Below are positions 10,301 to 17,199 of a stretch of 64,000 nt of DNA, piece after piece. Source of the stretch: an uncultured Gammaproteobacteria bacterium (GTDB taxonomy: Bacteria; Patescibacteriota; Microgenomatia; Levybacterales; UBA12049); contig CAZWXQ010000002.1 of assembly GCA_964637955.1 (NCBI GenBank), positions 71,782 to 135,781 of the forward strand, in the 5' to 3' direction. Every line of letters starts with the position of its first letter. Within the stretch, counting starts at the first letter, position 1. The position numbers were made by a program, and so were the translations under genes. The notes beneath the pieces were generated by a model that was not told where the DNA came from, ran no database searches, and worked only from the letters and a program-made list of their open reading frames with translations.

Positions 10301-11150
10301 ATCTTTTGCGCTTCATTGGTCAAGTCTGGGTACAGATGTCCAGTCTTCAGAGAGAGTAAAAATTATTTCTCAGATAAATAGAGTCCTAACACTTGGTGGG
10401 AAAACTGTAATTACTGTTCCAGACAGTGCTTTTGATGAAGAAACATTTGAGAAATTTGCAGCAACTCTTGAGATAAATTTTGGATTTACGATAGATCAAA
10501 AATTTTCAGGAAAAACATTTGCAATAAGTAAAGCTGGAACAAGAAAGAGACTTGGCTGGGGATTAACCTTAGTAAAAAAAAGTGAAGTTTCACTTCAGGA
10601 CATGAATCTGGGAGATTTAAGTTTTCTTTATGACAGTTTATATTGGATAAGTCACCCGGAAAATGGAAAGAAAAAACCGGAAAAGAAAAAAGACAAAATT
10701 GAAATTGAGGCTGCGCAGATAGATCCGGAAAGATTTGAAATTATTAACTTAGATAATGAGAAAGAAACAATAGTTCTTGATGGCAAATCAGTTGAGGAAA
10801 ATGTTGAATTTCCTCAGATTGTTTCCGAAATTCAAGCGCCAACGGTTACTGGTGCTGTCGAAAATGAGTCAGTTTCACCTCAAGCTCCAGTTGTTGATAG
10901 TGCTTCTACTAATGATAAAGTTTCACCTCAAGCGCAAATTGAGGATTATGAATCATTCTTAAAACAAGACTATCCTTCTTTCAGAAGACTTATACGTCAA
11001 ATCCAAGCAGAAACAGAACTTGGTTGGGATGAGTCGATTGAAATGGCAATAGGTGTTTTGCAATCTTTAGATGCTTCTGGTAGACTTGCCTCGCAAGGAA
11101 GTGCTTATGCTAAGGTGATTAGTGAAGTTAAGAGAAGGAGTAAATTATGA
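4380..11150 (+). CDS. Giant fusion protein: three N-terminal repeats + SNF2-family SF2 ATPase + C-terminal class I SAM methyltransferase
   Basis: LTAETGLGKS (Walker A, ~8085), IIDEID (~8397), LSATPI, QMVGRSQRQGQ (motif VI, ~9663) and GTID; LSLGAGT, NVDIN and FDFVDSSFALHW..INRVLTLGG (MTase, ~10100-10420). Confidence 0.8.
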   Translation: MTETLPIPIAAVNLQPNLSESPYYTPEQRAQIFEVWAAEEAKIQLQAASDMQWENGMRMEATFPSSDLDLLFFKHESSDGKWIGAEINRKSLQHLIRQEIEGLLSSGKLTSVPEITEQQLKSTRLYGLMLKLYPTWQEAIASSYRGAIKPYTFSADLPQKYWKGEKGKERISEAVKFIIESRLFIKKKDPEEFRKALLSLSPNLLPYIGNSIRKLNPIRSEQVIIDAYPELGLKLEDFEVGNYWHRLHNLDEFLSGPDAATETRQRLFHHLRNLTDKTLLLHEEAMRKKISSSNGNGSHEYLQDDESVAQALEGDPEASHYSESEKEEILQIWERLQKKRVQEELKLDEYVAEDKGYIYAHQDRLADLVLMIESGQEVANLVKNKTEAGILVSSMIGHAQKSLGFALKTDEFDEKVLNQLGVLNIIKKFYPHYQVGLSRSLPLTRPYLFKEPLPIDYWKGNEGRKRLGEAIRTVLEDQICLEKVDPETFRKIILSISAETMPFLGPTLKELNPTNPEDALIAAYPELKLRRVDFLPSTFWSEHVNVQINPVSESEKNMLRAEPSMRPNALKTRRTLIEKMKESQEDLIQRRILELREVLDSEGKVSDAIHVGNIVDGVTSEEGRDEQIQLESLDSGLVSADPEAEDSAEQVDSVASEEVRYYSERELTDIYKHWGILTDKKVLELEHKEQQYLKDSQYISKNKERIGRLINALIDGQDITEEVTSEVEARILVGGRLADLRDTLGIAYGSSDIDAKALENLGLLSILNKFYPNYQVGLSHVMRNSAPPYAFKEPLPIGYWKGKGGQERLNEAVRSTVEQVIAIEKLDPEVFRQAVLSLSAVDIPFIGAAIKELHPDFPQDAIIEAYPELKLKRNDFSPGIFWHDHLITGYDPSLDIDTKSTKGQFLRKKILNDLVIVHQRLAQEKAGRSLEVGGLTAGLAISETSMPEAVQTEQLDLSLVNSEHLSTELVTAEVQLNPELEAIIQEALDGRGDDFELDYAKSYDFQTKFKIAEALIRDGRFPHPDFLIENLGPSENVVVTELKNQLIALKIESRLENSPDLKALIDSGVPIEVVTQIAVVEFFTDITDEEKLEELRSRITQPVLREYLGILKGQKQVKDLTTEEKMDMIPDEVFSNPHIVKFGLLERYFEGQLMRMLTDKGISEGMAEFDKLVQESPAGRQEFLATIRDRFLEIATAPAPPGFRSKISVNGELRPFPSFEQNAFLYDFINNNCRFLTAETGLGKSATSFMAMESTDARKVMIIAPAIARETWRIEEEKIFTNPGQVFIVEKAEHLFDPQISEKKYIVISQNLLGTLEGKPEVATRIKELITEQGIEGAIIDEIDSLSNPRAISVKSTFQILDLIRANYALAHDGKEAPVLGLSATPIRKSISDLDAPMSMLYPDLYARSFAASSSSKRTFSQKTLSNPEVVFATLIGERRMFRWENANGVQEFNYASIPIDLSPFERELYEYVLERVPTQSLDKIRILEDLLLNPNLIKAEVRRIQKDGIGEVDFIETLGILKGVAKKWKDHHGVDAPLSEDQMLSIDRLVEMGYTDLAIKSFFTQTYDNGLDYLVELFTRDTDDPDLQTLGRFWKPREISTKYDELRQMVLDGLSPRTEDGQVVREKVFIVSPSRKQGRTKGVQQRTIASENGREKLYTESELDYINDTTLIKRINGWLGTNYGKDAVMLLDGSIPVKARNAIIQRWKSDPNAQVLLVTLESTYQSRDFTIQETVNEYGIKTKGVTKVFLGWPWYHQQFKQMVGRSQRQGQIVPVRNVVLEASGTIDQGKRDQVMYTALLTRLALGGARLTPEEQEFFDERKSSARLIDAGLDSTYMRDSLVTVRAKGEDRAVEFYEARTIRDKEKTNEVKFAEKYFDEGNDQYRVAGQNSQLVAAIASETLPSNARTLSLGAGTLLFQRSLKRPVVNVDINSAMMDVAKHLVEEYGGVNVVGRASRLNESDFVSNSFDFVDSSFALHWSSLGTDVQSSERVKIISQINRVLTLGGKTVITVPDSAFDEETFEKFAATLEINFGFTIDQKFSGKTFAISKAGTRKRLGWGLTLVKKSEVSLQDMNLGDLSFLYDSLYWISHPENGKKKPEKKKDKIEIEAAQIDPERFEIINLDNEKETIVLDGKSVEENVEFPQIVSEIQAPTVTGAVENESVSPQAPVVDSASTNDKVSPQAQIEDYESFLKQDYPSFRRLIRQIQAETELGWDESIEMAIGVLQSLDASGRLASQGSAYAKVISEVKRRSKL
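4443..7035 (+). repeat. Three diverged ~220-aa intragenic repeats (DUF4046-like YW..G..R..EA / AYPEL.L...DF)
   Basis: Units start YYTPEQ (~4446), HYSESE (~5338) and YYSERE (~6360); each contains YP.[WY]Q, PY.F...LP..YWKG..G..R..EA, DPE.FR, AYPEL.L...DF and a [YF]W..H-like end. Confidence 0.85.
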
Positions 11151-11704
11151 ATGAGCAAGATAGAGCAGGCTATTTGGAGCAAAGAAACAATGATTTTTTT
11201 GGAATGAGCGTTGTAGCTTTAGCTGAATCATTGCAAGACCGTGTAGTAGTGGATTCAGTTTCTGGAAAAAAATTTAGATTAATGACTCTTCAGCCATGGA
11301 CTAAAGATAGCGTTGGTCCAAGATATAGTGCTATTCAGGGAATGCAAGCAGGAGATTTATATGCTGCGCCATATAAACAAGGTGCTAGGGAAACGACCCA
11401 AGCATTAATTGTAGCGTCTGAAGATGGAAATGTTGGCGCCTGCGTTAGGATAGTTAAAGCTGAGGGTTGGGATGAAATTGCACGTAGATTTGTTCCTATG
11501 AAAACCGAAGGATCTCTGGTTAAATTTTTAGGATTGGAACCTGAAGAAAAAGGAAGTTTACGTTTTACTAATGACTCTGAATATTTAACTTTAATTAGGT
11601 CTCCTAGAGAAAATGCTAGTGTCGAGCCAGCAGTTTCAGTTCCCGATGTTGACGTAGCGCGGGCGGATGCTAGAATGCGAAAATTGGCAGAAGGTTTAAG
11701 CTAG
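11147..11704 (+). CDS. Degenerate 3-methyladenine DNA glycosylase (MPG/AAG)-like protein
   Basis: FFGMSVVALAESLQDRVVV resembles the MPG N-terminus (FF.R....VA..LLG..LV); AGDLYAAPY and GACVRIVKAE resemble G.AYVY..YG and GAVLIRA.E; ATGA overlap with the giant gene. Confidence 0.5.
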   Translation: MNEQDRAGYLEQRNNDFFGMSVVALAESLQDRVVVDSVSGKKFRLMTLQPWTKDSVGPRYSAIQGMQAGDLYAAPYKQGARETTQALIVASEDGNVGACVRIVKAEGWDEIARRFVPMKTEGSLVKFLGLEPEEKGSLRFTNDSEYLTLIRSPRENASVEPAVSVPDVDVARADARMRKLAEGLS

Positions 11705-11826
11705 CTGCAAATTTGACCTCGTATTTTGCTACAAAATTCTTACTTCTTTTTGATAGCTATCATAAATAATTTTCCTATTGTTTATACATGAATATTTAGA
11801 TGTTTGATCTAAGTATAAGAAACATT

Positions 11827-11875
11827 AAAGCTCATTACTTTGCAATTCGCTAAGAGATTTCTAAAAGGGGGGTGA
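11827..11875 (+). promoter_or_regulatory. Putative structured 5'UTR motif, copy 1, with GGGGGTGA RBS
   Basis: AAAGCTC..ACTT..TCGCTAAGAGATTT-CTAAAA-GGGGGGTGA; shares its core with 12269 and 38963. Confidence 0.45.
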
Positions 11876-11881
11876 AAATAT

Positions 11882-12013
11882 ATGGCAAAAAAAGGAAAAG
11901 GTTGGTTTGGGGATTCAGAAGGACATGCTAAGGCAGGCCGAAAAGGAGGTATTGCCAGAGGCAAAAGGAGTAGAGAAAATAGTTCTTCTTCAAAGCAGAA
12001 CATGAATAGCTAG
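11882..12013 (+). CDS. KGG-motif stress-induced small protein (YciG/GsiB/con-10-like), 43 aa, absent from the ORF track
   Basis: MAKKGKGWFGDSEGHAKAGRKGGIARGKRSRENSSSSKQNMNS*; strong RBS; terminator downstream. Confidence 0.85.
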   Translation: MAKKGKGWFGDSEGHAKAGRKGGIARGKRSRENSSSSKQNMNS

Positions 12014-12038
12014 TCTCAAAAGTACTAAAGTAAAGCCT

Positions 12039-12077
12039 AAAATAAAACAGCCAGAATATTTGGCTGTTTTATTTTTT
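12039..12077 (+). terminator. Intrinsic terminator
   Basis: AAAATAAAACAGCCA-gaatatt-TGGCTGTTTTATTTT, perfect 15-bp stem followed by T tract. Confidence 0.85.
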
Positions 12078-12161
12078 CTTTGAACATAAATTTCATTGCT
12101 ACCAAATTCTTACTCGCTTTTGCTTTTCTTCTTAACTAAAAACTTTAATATGCTAGTTAAT

Positions 12162-12242
12162 ATGAATTTAGAAATTAAAGAGAAAGAGAAAGGGATACAA
12201 GAAGCACTTGCGTTTATTACAAAGCTTATTAGAAGATTTTAG
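12162..12242 (+). CDS. Possible 26-aa leader peptide (MNLEIKEKEKGIQEALAFITKLIRRF)
   Basis: TATGCT -10-like box 7 nt before the ATG; the stop abuts the TCCTAA..TTAGGA hairpin. Confidence 0.3.
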   Translation: MNLEIKEKEKGIQEALAFITKLIRRF

Positions 12243-12268
12243 TCCTAACAGCCTTCGGCTTTAGGATA

Positions 12269-12327
12269 AGTAGCTCTAAATCTCGTACCAATTGGTACTC
12301 AATAAGAGGCTACTAAAAAGGGGGTGA
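12269..12327 (+). promoter_or_regulatory. Putative structured 5'UTR motif, copy 2, with GGGGGTGA RBS
   Basis: AGTAGCTCT/AGAG-GCTACT stem enclosing TCTC-[GTACCAATTGGTAC palindrome]-TCAATAAGAG, directly before the RBS. Confidence 0.55.
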
Positions 12328-12333
12328 AAAATT

Positions 12334-12471
12334 ATGTTTGAAGATCCAAAAAAGAACCAAAATCAAAATGATAAAGGTAGCGCTGGAGGACAAGCTTCTC
12401 AAGATGCAACTGAAGCTGGGAGCCTTGATTACGGAGGAGCTGAGCAAAGCGACACCGATACAATAGAGTAA
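12334..12471 (+). CDS. Small acidic hydrophilic protein, 45 aa, absent from the ORF track
   Basis: MFEDPKKNQNQNDKGSAGGQASQDATEAGSLDYGGAEQSDTDTIE*; AAGGGGGTGA RBS 6 nt upstream; terminator downstream. Confidence 0.75.
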   Translation: MFEDPKKNQNQNDKGSAGGQASQDATEAGSLDYGGAEQSDTDTIE

Positions 12472-12494
12472 CATTCTGGGCAAAGAATGATTCT

Positions 12495-12528
12495 ATTAAA
12501 GCAAACCGCATTCGCGGTTTGCTTTAAT
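12495..12528. terminator. Bidirectional intrinsic terminator
   Basis: ATTAAAGCAAACCGC-attc-GCGGTTTGCTTTAAT, perfect 15-bp stem between convergent genes. Confidence 0.9.
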
Positions 12529-13009
12529 TTATCACGAAATTGTTTTCATCTAAAATTTTATTTAGAAGCTTAATGCTTTTTTCAAGTGCAATATCTAGGA
12601 ACATAATATCTTTAGGAGTGATATCTATAAAAATATGAAAAGTGCCTTTAGCATCTTTTTTCCAATTCCAGTTGGTAACACCTTTAAAAATTGCTTTTTT
12701 GTATCCATTCTGTATTTTTAGCTCACAAAGATACTCTAGGAGGATATGTTCGAACAGGTGGCCAATTTCTGTATTCTTAACCTCTTCGTTAAAGGGAAGT
12801 CCTGAATCATTAAAGCATTCTGTTTTAAGTACTGTTGGTAAATTGTATCTGAGTATTTGATGCGTGAAAGGGAGGTGAATAGTATGGAAAAAAGAAGTAT
12901 TTAGCGTCATTATTATAGACGTTTGATCTGAAAGATGTTTAATTGCTAAGTTGTATGACTTTTCGTTTACTAATAGGGGATTAATGTTGTGGATAGTTTT
13001 GATGCTCAT
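12524..13009 (-). CDS. Stand-alone cyanophycin synthetase N-terminal-like domain (C-x18-HxxEH metallopeptidase-like)
   Basis: LPTVLKTECFNDSGLPFNEEVKNTEIGHLFEHILLE aligns by eye to the CphA N-domain P.L.EH.CS....GGF......GT..GH..EH.ALE. Confidence 0.65.
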   Translation of the reverse strand: MSIKTIHNINPLLVNEKSYNLAIKHLSDQTSIIMTLNTSFFHTIHLPFTHQILRYNLPTVLKTECFNDSGLPFNEEVKNTEIGHLFEHILLEYLCELKIQNGYKKAIFKGVTNWNWKKDAKGTFHIFIDITPKDIMFLDIALEKSIKLLNKILDENNFVIN

Positions 13010-13126
13010 TAAATATTAAATTCTTTTTTACGAAATTTAGTAATTATTTTTACCTAACTCTTACATTACATTAGGATTTTGCTAACTGTCAAGCAAAAGT
13101 GTATTGGTATGATTTGATACGCTATA

Positions 13127-14260
13127 TTAAAGCTGACTGGGGTCAATTTGAATTATTCGGTCGTCCTGTGAGACAGGTTTTCCTCGTCCATCGCGATTGC
13201 TGGTGGAAATATAAAGTAAATTATCAGGTCCAAGAGTTACAGCTCTAATTCTGCCAAATTCATTTAAAAGATGTTTCTTGATGATCGCATTACTATTTTC
13301 AACTCTTAACTCGTACAGCGCTTCTCCCTTTAGACCGGCAAAGAAAAAAGAGTCATTAATAAATTCAGCGCTTGCTGGTGCCCAAGTTTCTTGACCACTC
13401 TGAGCAAATGGGGACTCCATGCCACTTTTAGTTTCTGTGCCTTGTATCTCTGGCCAGCCATAGTTTTTACCTTTAACAATTATGTTTACTTCGTCAAATC
13501 CTGATGGAGCAGATCTGCCGTGCTCAGTAGACCATAAGCGTCCTTGTTTATCCCATGAGATACCTTGTGGATTCCTGTGTCCATAGGAATAAACTAGATT
13601 GTTAAATGGATTTCCTGTGGCTGGGGAACCTTCATCTGTTACTCTTAGGATTTTACCTGCGAGAGAATTTGTGTTTTGCGCTAAAGATGGATTAAGAGAA
13701 TCTCCAGTTGTAATGTACAGAAATCCATCAGGTCCGAATTTAATTCTTCCACCATTGTGATAAATAGCGCCAGGAATATTATCAAGAATAACTTTTCTGT
13801 CAGTAAGATTTCCATTTTCATATTTATATCTTACGACTCGATTTTTTGTTTCATTGCCATTTGCTGCATAAGTGTAATATAAATACATATATTTATTTTT
13901 TTGAAAATCTGGATGAATAGTAAGTCCCATAAGTCCGCCTTCGCCATAAATTTTTACATCTGGGATTTTTGCAACAGTAGTGACTTGTCCATTTGCAATT
14001 AGTTTTAATTTACCCGTTCTTTCTGTAAAGAGGATTTTTTTTGGCTCGTTTTTTTTGGATTCAGGTAAAAAAGCAATTTCCCAAGGAATTTCAACACCGG
14101 TAGTAATAACTGTAACTATTTCCGGATTTTTTGTGCCATTTTCAGATTTGGTGGAACTGGTAGGAAGAATTGAAATCGGACCTGATTTTTTTTGATAAAA
14201 ATTTAAAGCTAAGGCACCTATTATAATTATAGAAATTACTATTATTAAAATCTTTGACAT
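13127..14260 (-). CDS. Membrane-anchored PQQ-dependent glucose/sorbosone dehydrogenase family protein
   Basis: PWEIAF, GEGGLMG, HNGGRIKFGPDG, GKILR, YGHRNPQG, NYGWP, GRIR; N-terminal TM helix. Confidence 0.9.
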   Translation of the reverse strand: MSKILIIVISIIIIGALALNFYQKKSGPISILPTSSTKSENGTKNPEIVTVITTGVEIPWEIAFLPESKKNEPKKILFTERTGKLKLIANGQVTTVAKIPDVKIYGEGGLMGLTIHPDFQKNKYMYLYYTYAANGNETKNRVVRYKYENGNLTDRKVILDNIPGAIYHNGGRIKFGPDGFLYITTGDSLNPSLAQNTNSLAGKILRVTDEGSPATGNPFNNLVYSYGHRNPQGISWDKQGRLWSTEHGRSAPSGFDEVNIIVKGKNYGWPEIQGTETKSGMESPFAQSGQETWAPASAEFINDSFFFAGLKGEALYELRVENSNAIIKKHLLNEFGRIRAVTLGPDNLLYISTSNRDGRGKPVSQDDRIIQIDPSQL

Positions 14261-14309
14261 GGAATTTATTATACACTTTAAAGAGATAAAATTATCCGAA
14301 CGTTTATAA

Positions 14310-14456
14310 TTAAAATCTTAAAATTCCGAGACCCAAAAGTCCTGAAATAATTAAAAATATTGCAATTAAATAATTTAAAAATTTTGGAAATATCAAAATT
14401 AAAATTCCAAACAATATAGCCATTATTGGTGTTAATAAATCAATTGTTAAGGTCAA
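14310..14456 (-). CDS. DUF3096-like small membrane protein, 48 aa (TTG start), absent from the ORF track
   Basis: MTLTIDLLTPIMAILFGILILIFPKFLNYLIAIFLIISGLLGLGILRF*; GGAGGTGA RBS at 14463-14470. Confidence 0.8.
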   Translation of the reverse strand: MTLTIDLLTPIMAILFGILILIFPKFLNYLIAIFLIISGLLGLGILRF

Positions 14457-14563
14457 ATTAAATCACCTCCAGACATATAACTTGAATTATGCTCATTAAT
14501 TGCTTGAAGCAAATAAAAATAATGTAAGAATTTGAAAAAGATTAAAATTTGAAGCTTTGATTA

Positions 14564-15559
14564 TTAAAAAGATTCTTTTCGAGGACATCCTTCTGGGGCT
14601 GTATTTCTTTTTATTGCCTCACGTCTACTTGTGCCATCAAGTAAAGCGCGCACATTTTGATCAAGCATTTCTTTTCTATGATCGGAGAGAGACCTGAACC
14701 ATTCTCCTACATTTGCTTCATAGACTTCATCTAAATATTTAGAAAAATCTTCAAGCATTGGTCGAGGTTTATACCCGGGGATAGATTCTCTTAAAAAGGT
14801 TTGAGTTTTTTCTGAAGGCATATTTGAAGAAGGACAGCCAATAGCTTTACCCAGTCCTAGGCTTCTAAGCATTTCGAGATTCAGTCCCACTCTAGAATTA
14901 TCAAGAAGTTGGTATCTTTCATGATCTTTTTGATGCGGAAAGCCAGAGCTATCTGTGCTTAACTGGCGACTTGTTTCATCAATTTTATCCAAGCTAGTTT
15001 TTGCAATTCTCTTTGTTAATACTGGTCTAAATTCATCTCCAAATAAGCCTTTTAGTAGTACTCCGAATTCCGCTCCGGTTCTTATGCCTTGTTTGATAAC
15101 GTTATCTGTGTGGTTATAAGTTAAAAGTGTAGATTGTGCCTCATTTCTTATAGCTGAAAAATTTCGTTCAGCCGATTTTGCTAAGTCTAATACTAAGTCA
15201 TTTCTAAATATGCTTAGTTCTTTCGGTAGTCTTGCAGCTCTGATTGCGTCATCTATATCTGAGGGCGCTACAGCTTCACCAAAATTAATCCCGTTCATTT
15301 TCAAGAATAGATCCCATGAATTTTCAAGGGTCCAAGATAATGAGTATTCAAAGCTCTTTGGAATATTTATTGTTCCAACTTCAAATTCTGCCTGAGCATT
15401 AAATGGGATATCGCTACAACCATCAAGTAGAATAGGCGGAATATTTCCTGATTCAACTCTAGCTTTATGAAATTCCCAAAATATACTTATCAGATCTGTA
15501 AAATCTTGATACGTATCTCTTTTGGAAGGCAAGTTTGTATGTGAATAATGTGTAGACAT
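14564..15559 (-). CDS. Hypothetical protein with two GCP motifs
   Basis: Long ORF; ATG at 15559 preferred over GTG at 15577; IGCPS and EGCP. Confidence 0.7.
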   Translation of the reverse strand: MSTHYSHTNLPSKRDTYQDFTDLISIFWEFHKARVESGNIPPILLDGCSDIPFNAQAEFEVGTINIPKSFEYSLSWTLENSWDLFLKMNGINFGEAVAPSDIDDAIRAARLPKELSIFRNDLVLDLAKSAERNFSAIRNEAQSTLLTYNHTDNVIKQGIRTGAEFGVLLKGLFGDEFRPVLTKRIAKTSLDKIDETSRQLSTDSSGFPHQKDHERYQLLDNSRVGLNLEMLRSLGLGKAIGCPSSNMPSEKTQTFLRESIPGYKPRPMLEDFSKYLDEVYEANVGEWFRSLSDHRKEMLDQNVRALLDGTSRREAIKRNTAPEGCPRKESF

Positions 15560-15637
15560 AAGGAATAATTTTAGCACAAAAGGTCGCCATAATCAAACTA
15601 TAGGATTATATTTTTAAATTTATCACTAATCAGGTGT

Positions 15638-15666
15638 TTGACTTTAGCCTCAATTTTGGGTATAAT
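15638..15666 (+). promoter_or_regulatory. Sigma70-type promoter for the AlkD-family gene
   Basis: TTGACT-17 nt-TATAAT. Confidence 0.8.
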
Positions 15667-15678
15667 CCACAAACCTCA

Positions 15679-16377
15679 ATGATAGAAGAGCTCCGAAAGG
15701 ATTTACAGAAACTGTCCAACAAGAAAAGAGCTTCTGATATGCAAAAATTCTTCAAAACTGGGGAAGGAGAATATGCATACGGAGACGTCTTTATTGGTTT
15801 AACTGTGCCTCAGTCCAGAAAAGTAGCCGAAAAATATAAAGATATTTCGTTTGAAGATCTTTATAAATTAATTAGATCAGAGATTCATGAAGAAAGATTT
15901 ATAGCACTTCTTGTTTTAGTCAATAATTTTAGAGCAGATGAAATGTTACAGCGTAGGATTTATGAATTTTTTATGAAGAATATTAAGTTTGTGAATAATT
16001 GGGATTTGGTAGATTTGTCCGCTGATAAAATTGTGGGAGGTTATCTTATAGATAAGCCAAAGCATGTCCTATATAAGCTTGCTTCATCGAAAAATATGTG
16101 GGAAAGAAGAATAGCTATGATTGCTACGTACAATTTTATAAAAAATGAAATGTTTGATGATGCTATAGGTATTGCTGAGAAGCTAATTGAAGATGATAAT
16201 GATCTTATTCAAAAAGCTGTTGGTTGGATGCTTCGCGAAGTAGGGAAAAGAAATAAATCTATTGAAGAAGCGTTTCTTAAAAAACACCATAAGGAAATGG
16301 GAAGAACTGCGCTTCGTTACTCTCTTGAGAAATTCCCAGAGGACTCTAGAAAAGAGTACATGTTAGGAATAGTTTAA
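15679..16377 (+). CDS. DNA alkylation repair protein (AlkD family)
   Basis: FFKTGEGEY, HEER, NNWDLVD, WERR, DLIQKAVGWMLREVGK, RTALRY; start reassigned to 15679, downstream of the promoter. Confidence 0.9.
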   Translation: MIEELRKDLQKLSNKKRASDMQKFFKTGEGEYAYGDVFIGLTVPQSRKVAEKYKDISFEDLYKLIRSEIHEERFIALLVLVNNFRADEMLQRRIYEFFMKNIKFVNNWDLVDLSADKIVGGYLIDKPKHVLYKLASSKNMWERRIAMIATYNFIKNEMFDDAIGIAEKLIEDDNDLIQKAVGWMLREVGKRNKSIEEAFLKKHHKEMGRTALRYSLEKFPEDSRKEYMLGIV

Positions 16378-17162
16378 ACTTCGAACTTTAGACATAAAGG
16401 AAGATGGTCGGAAACTACGTCTGACATAACTTTAAAATCATTCACCCAAATCCCCTTAGTTACAATTGCATAGTCTGCGAATAAATCCTCTTTTCTATAT
16501 AAAGGATCATAAAGTTTACTTCTTGTGGTTTTGGCTTTTGATTCTTTTGTTAAATTTCTCATTCCTACTTCTTCAAACATGAGAAGTGCTTTTGTTTCGA
16601 TTCTTAAATTAAAATCCCCAGCTATGATAGATGGTAATTTATTTTCTTTAATAAAGTCTATGATTCTTTGGGACTGAATAAATCTTTCAGGTGTATCAAT
16701 CTTGGGCGCAGGCTGCCAAAAGCCATGCACATTAAGAACTAAAAACTTATTATTTTCAATTTCTATTTCAGAGTAAATAAAATTTCTAGGAAAATTAAGT
16801 CTGCCATCGGGATAATATTCACTGGCATCATTAAATTTTTTATGCATAAAAATTTCTCCTTGGCGGTTAACTTTAACCCCTTTTTTTATAAATGTTGCTT
16901 GCCCAAATTCTAGAGGAAAATCCACTTTGCCTCGTGTATCATGGCCTTTTGCGGTGGGAGAGTAGTAGAAATCGAAATCAGGTAAATGTTTTATTAGATC
17001 ATTTATTATATTTGAATGTGAGGAATGAGTAATTACGTCGCGATCTGATCTAAAAACTTCTTGAAATAAAAATATATCCGCTTTATTTTTATGCTTGTCT
17101 ATAAAATTTAGTAGAGGTTTATAAACTTTTCCACCCCAAATATTAAGAGAAATGAGCAGCAT
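16374..17162 (-). CDS. Endonuclease/exonuclease/phosphatase family protein
   Basis: ISLNIW, FQEV, NVHG, AGDFN, DY, SDHLPL; start reassigned to 17162. Confidence 0.9.
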   Translation of the reverse strand: MLLISLNIWGGKVYKPLLNFIDKHKNKADIFLFQEVFRSDRDVITHSSHSNIINDLIKHLPDFDFYYSPTAKGHDTRGKVDFPLEFGQATFIKKGVKVNRQGEIFMHKKFNDASEYYPDGRLNFPRNFIYSEIEIENNKFLVLNVHGFWQPAPKIDTPERFIQSQRIIDFIKENKLPSIIAGDFNLRIETKALLMFEEVGMRNLTKESKAKTTRSKLYDPLYRKEDLFADYAIVTKGIWVNDFKVMSDVVSDHLPLCLKFEV

Positions 17163-17199
17163 TAATTTATTATACACAGTATTGATGTATAATTTGAAT

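Noticed and set aside
10866-10935. Direct repeat AGTTTCACCTCAAGC (two copies) in the giant gene
   Set aside because: Short in-frame duplication (VSPQA) in a disordered linker; not an att site or CRISPR repeat
4380-11150. Calling the giant protein a Type I/III/ISP restriction-modification enzyme
   Set aside because: No (D/N)PP(Y/F) amino-MTase motif, no PC motif and no evident PD-(D/E)xK, HNH or PLD nuclease
11809-12003. 64-aa minus-strand ORF
   Set aside because: Antisense to the KGG gene, which has the RBS, family motif and terminator
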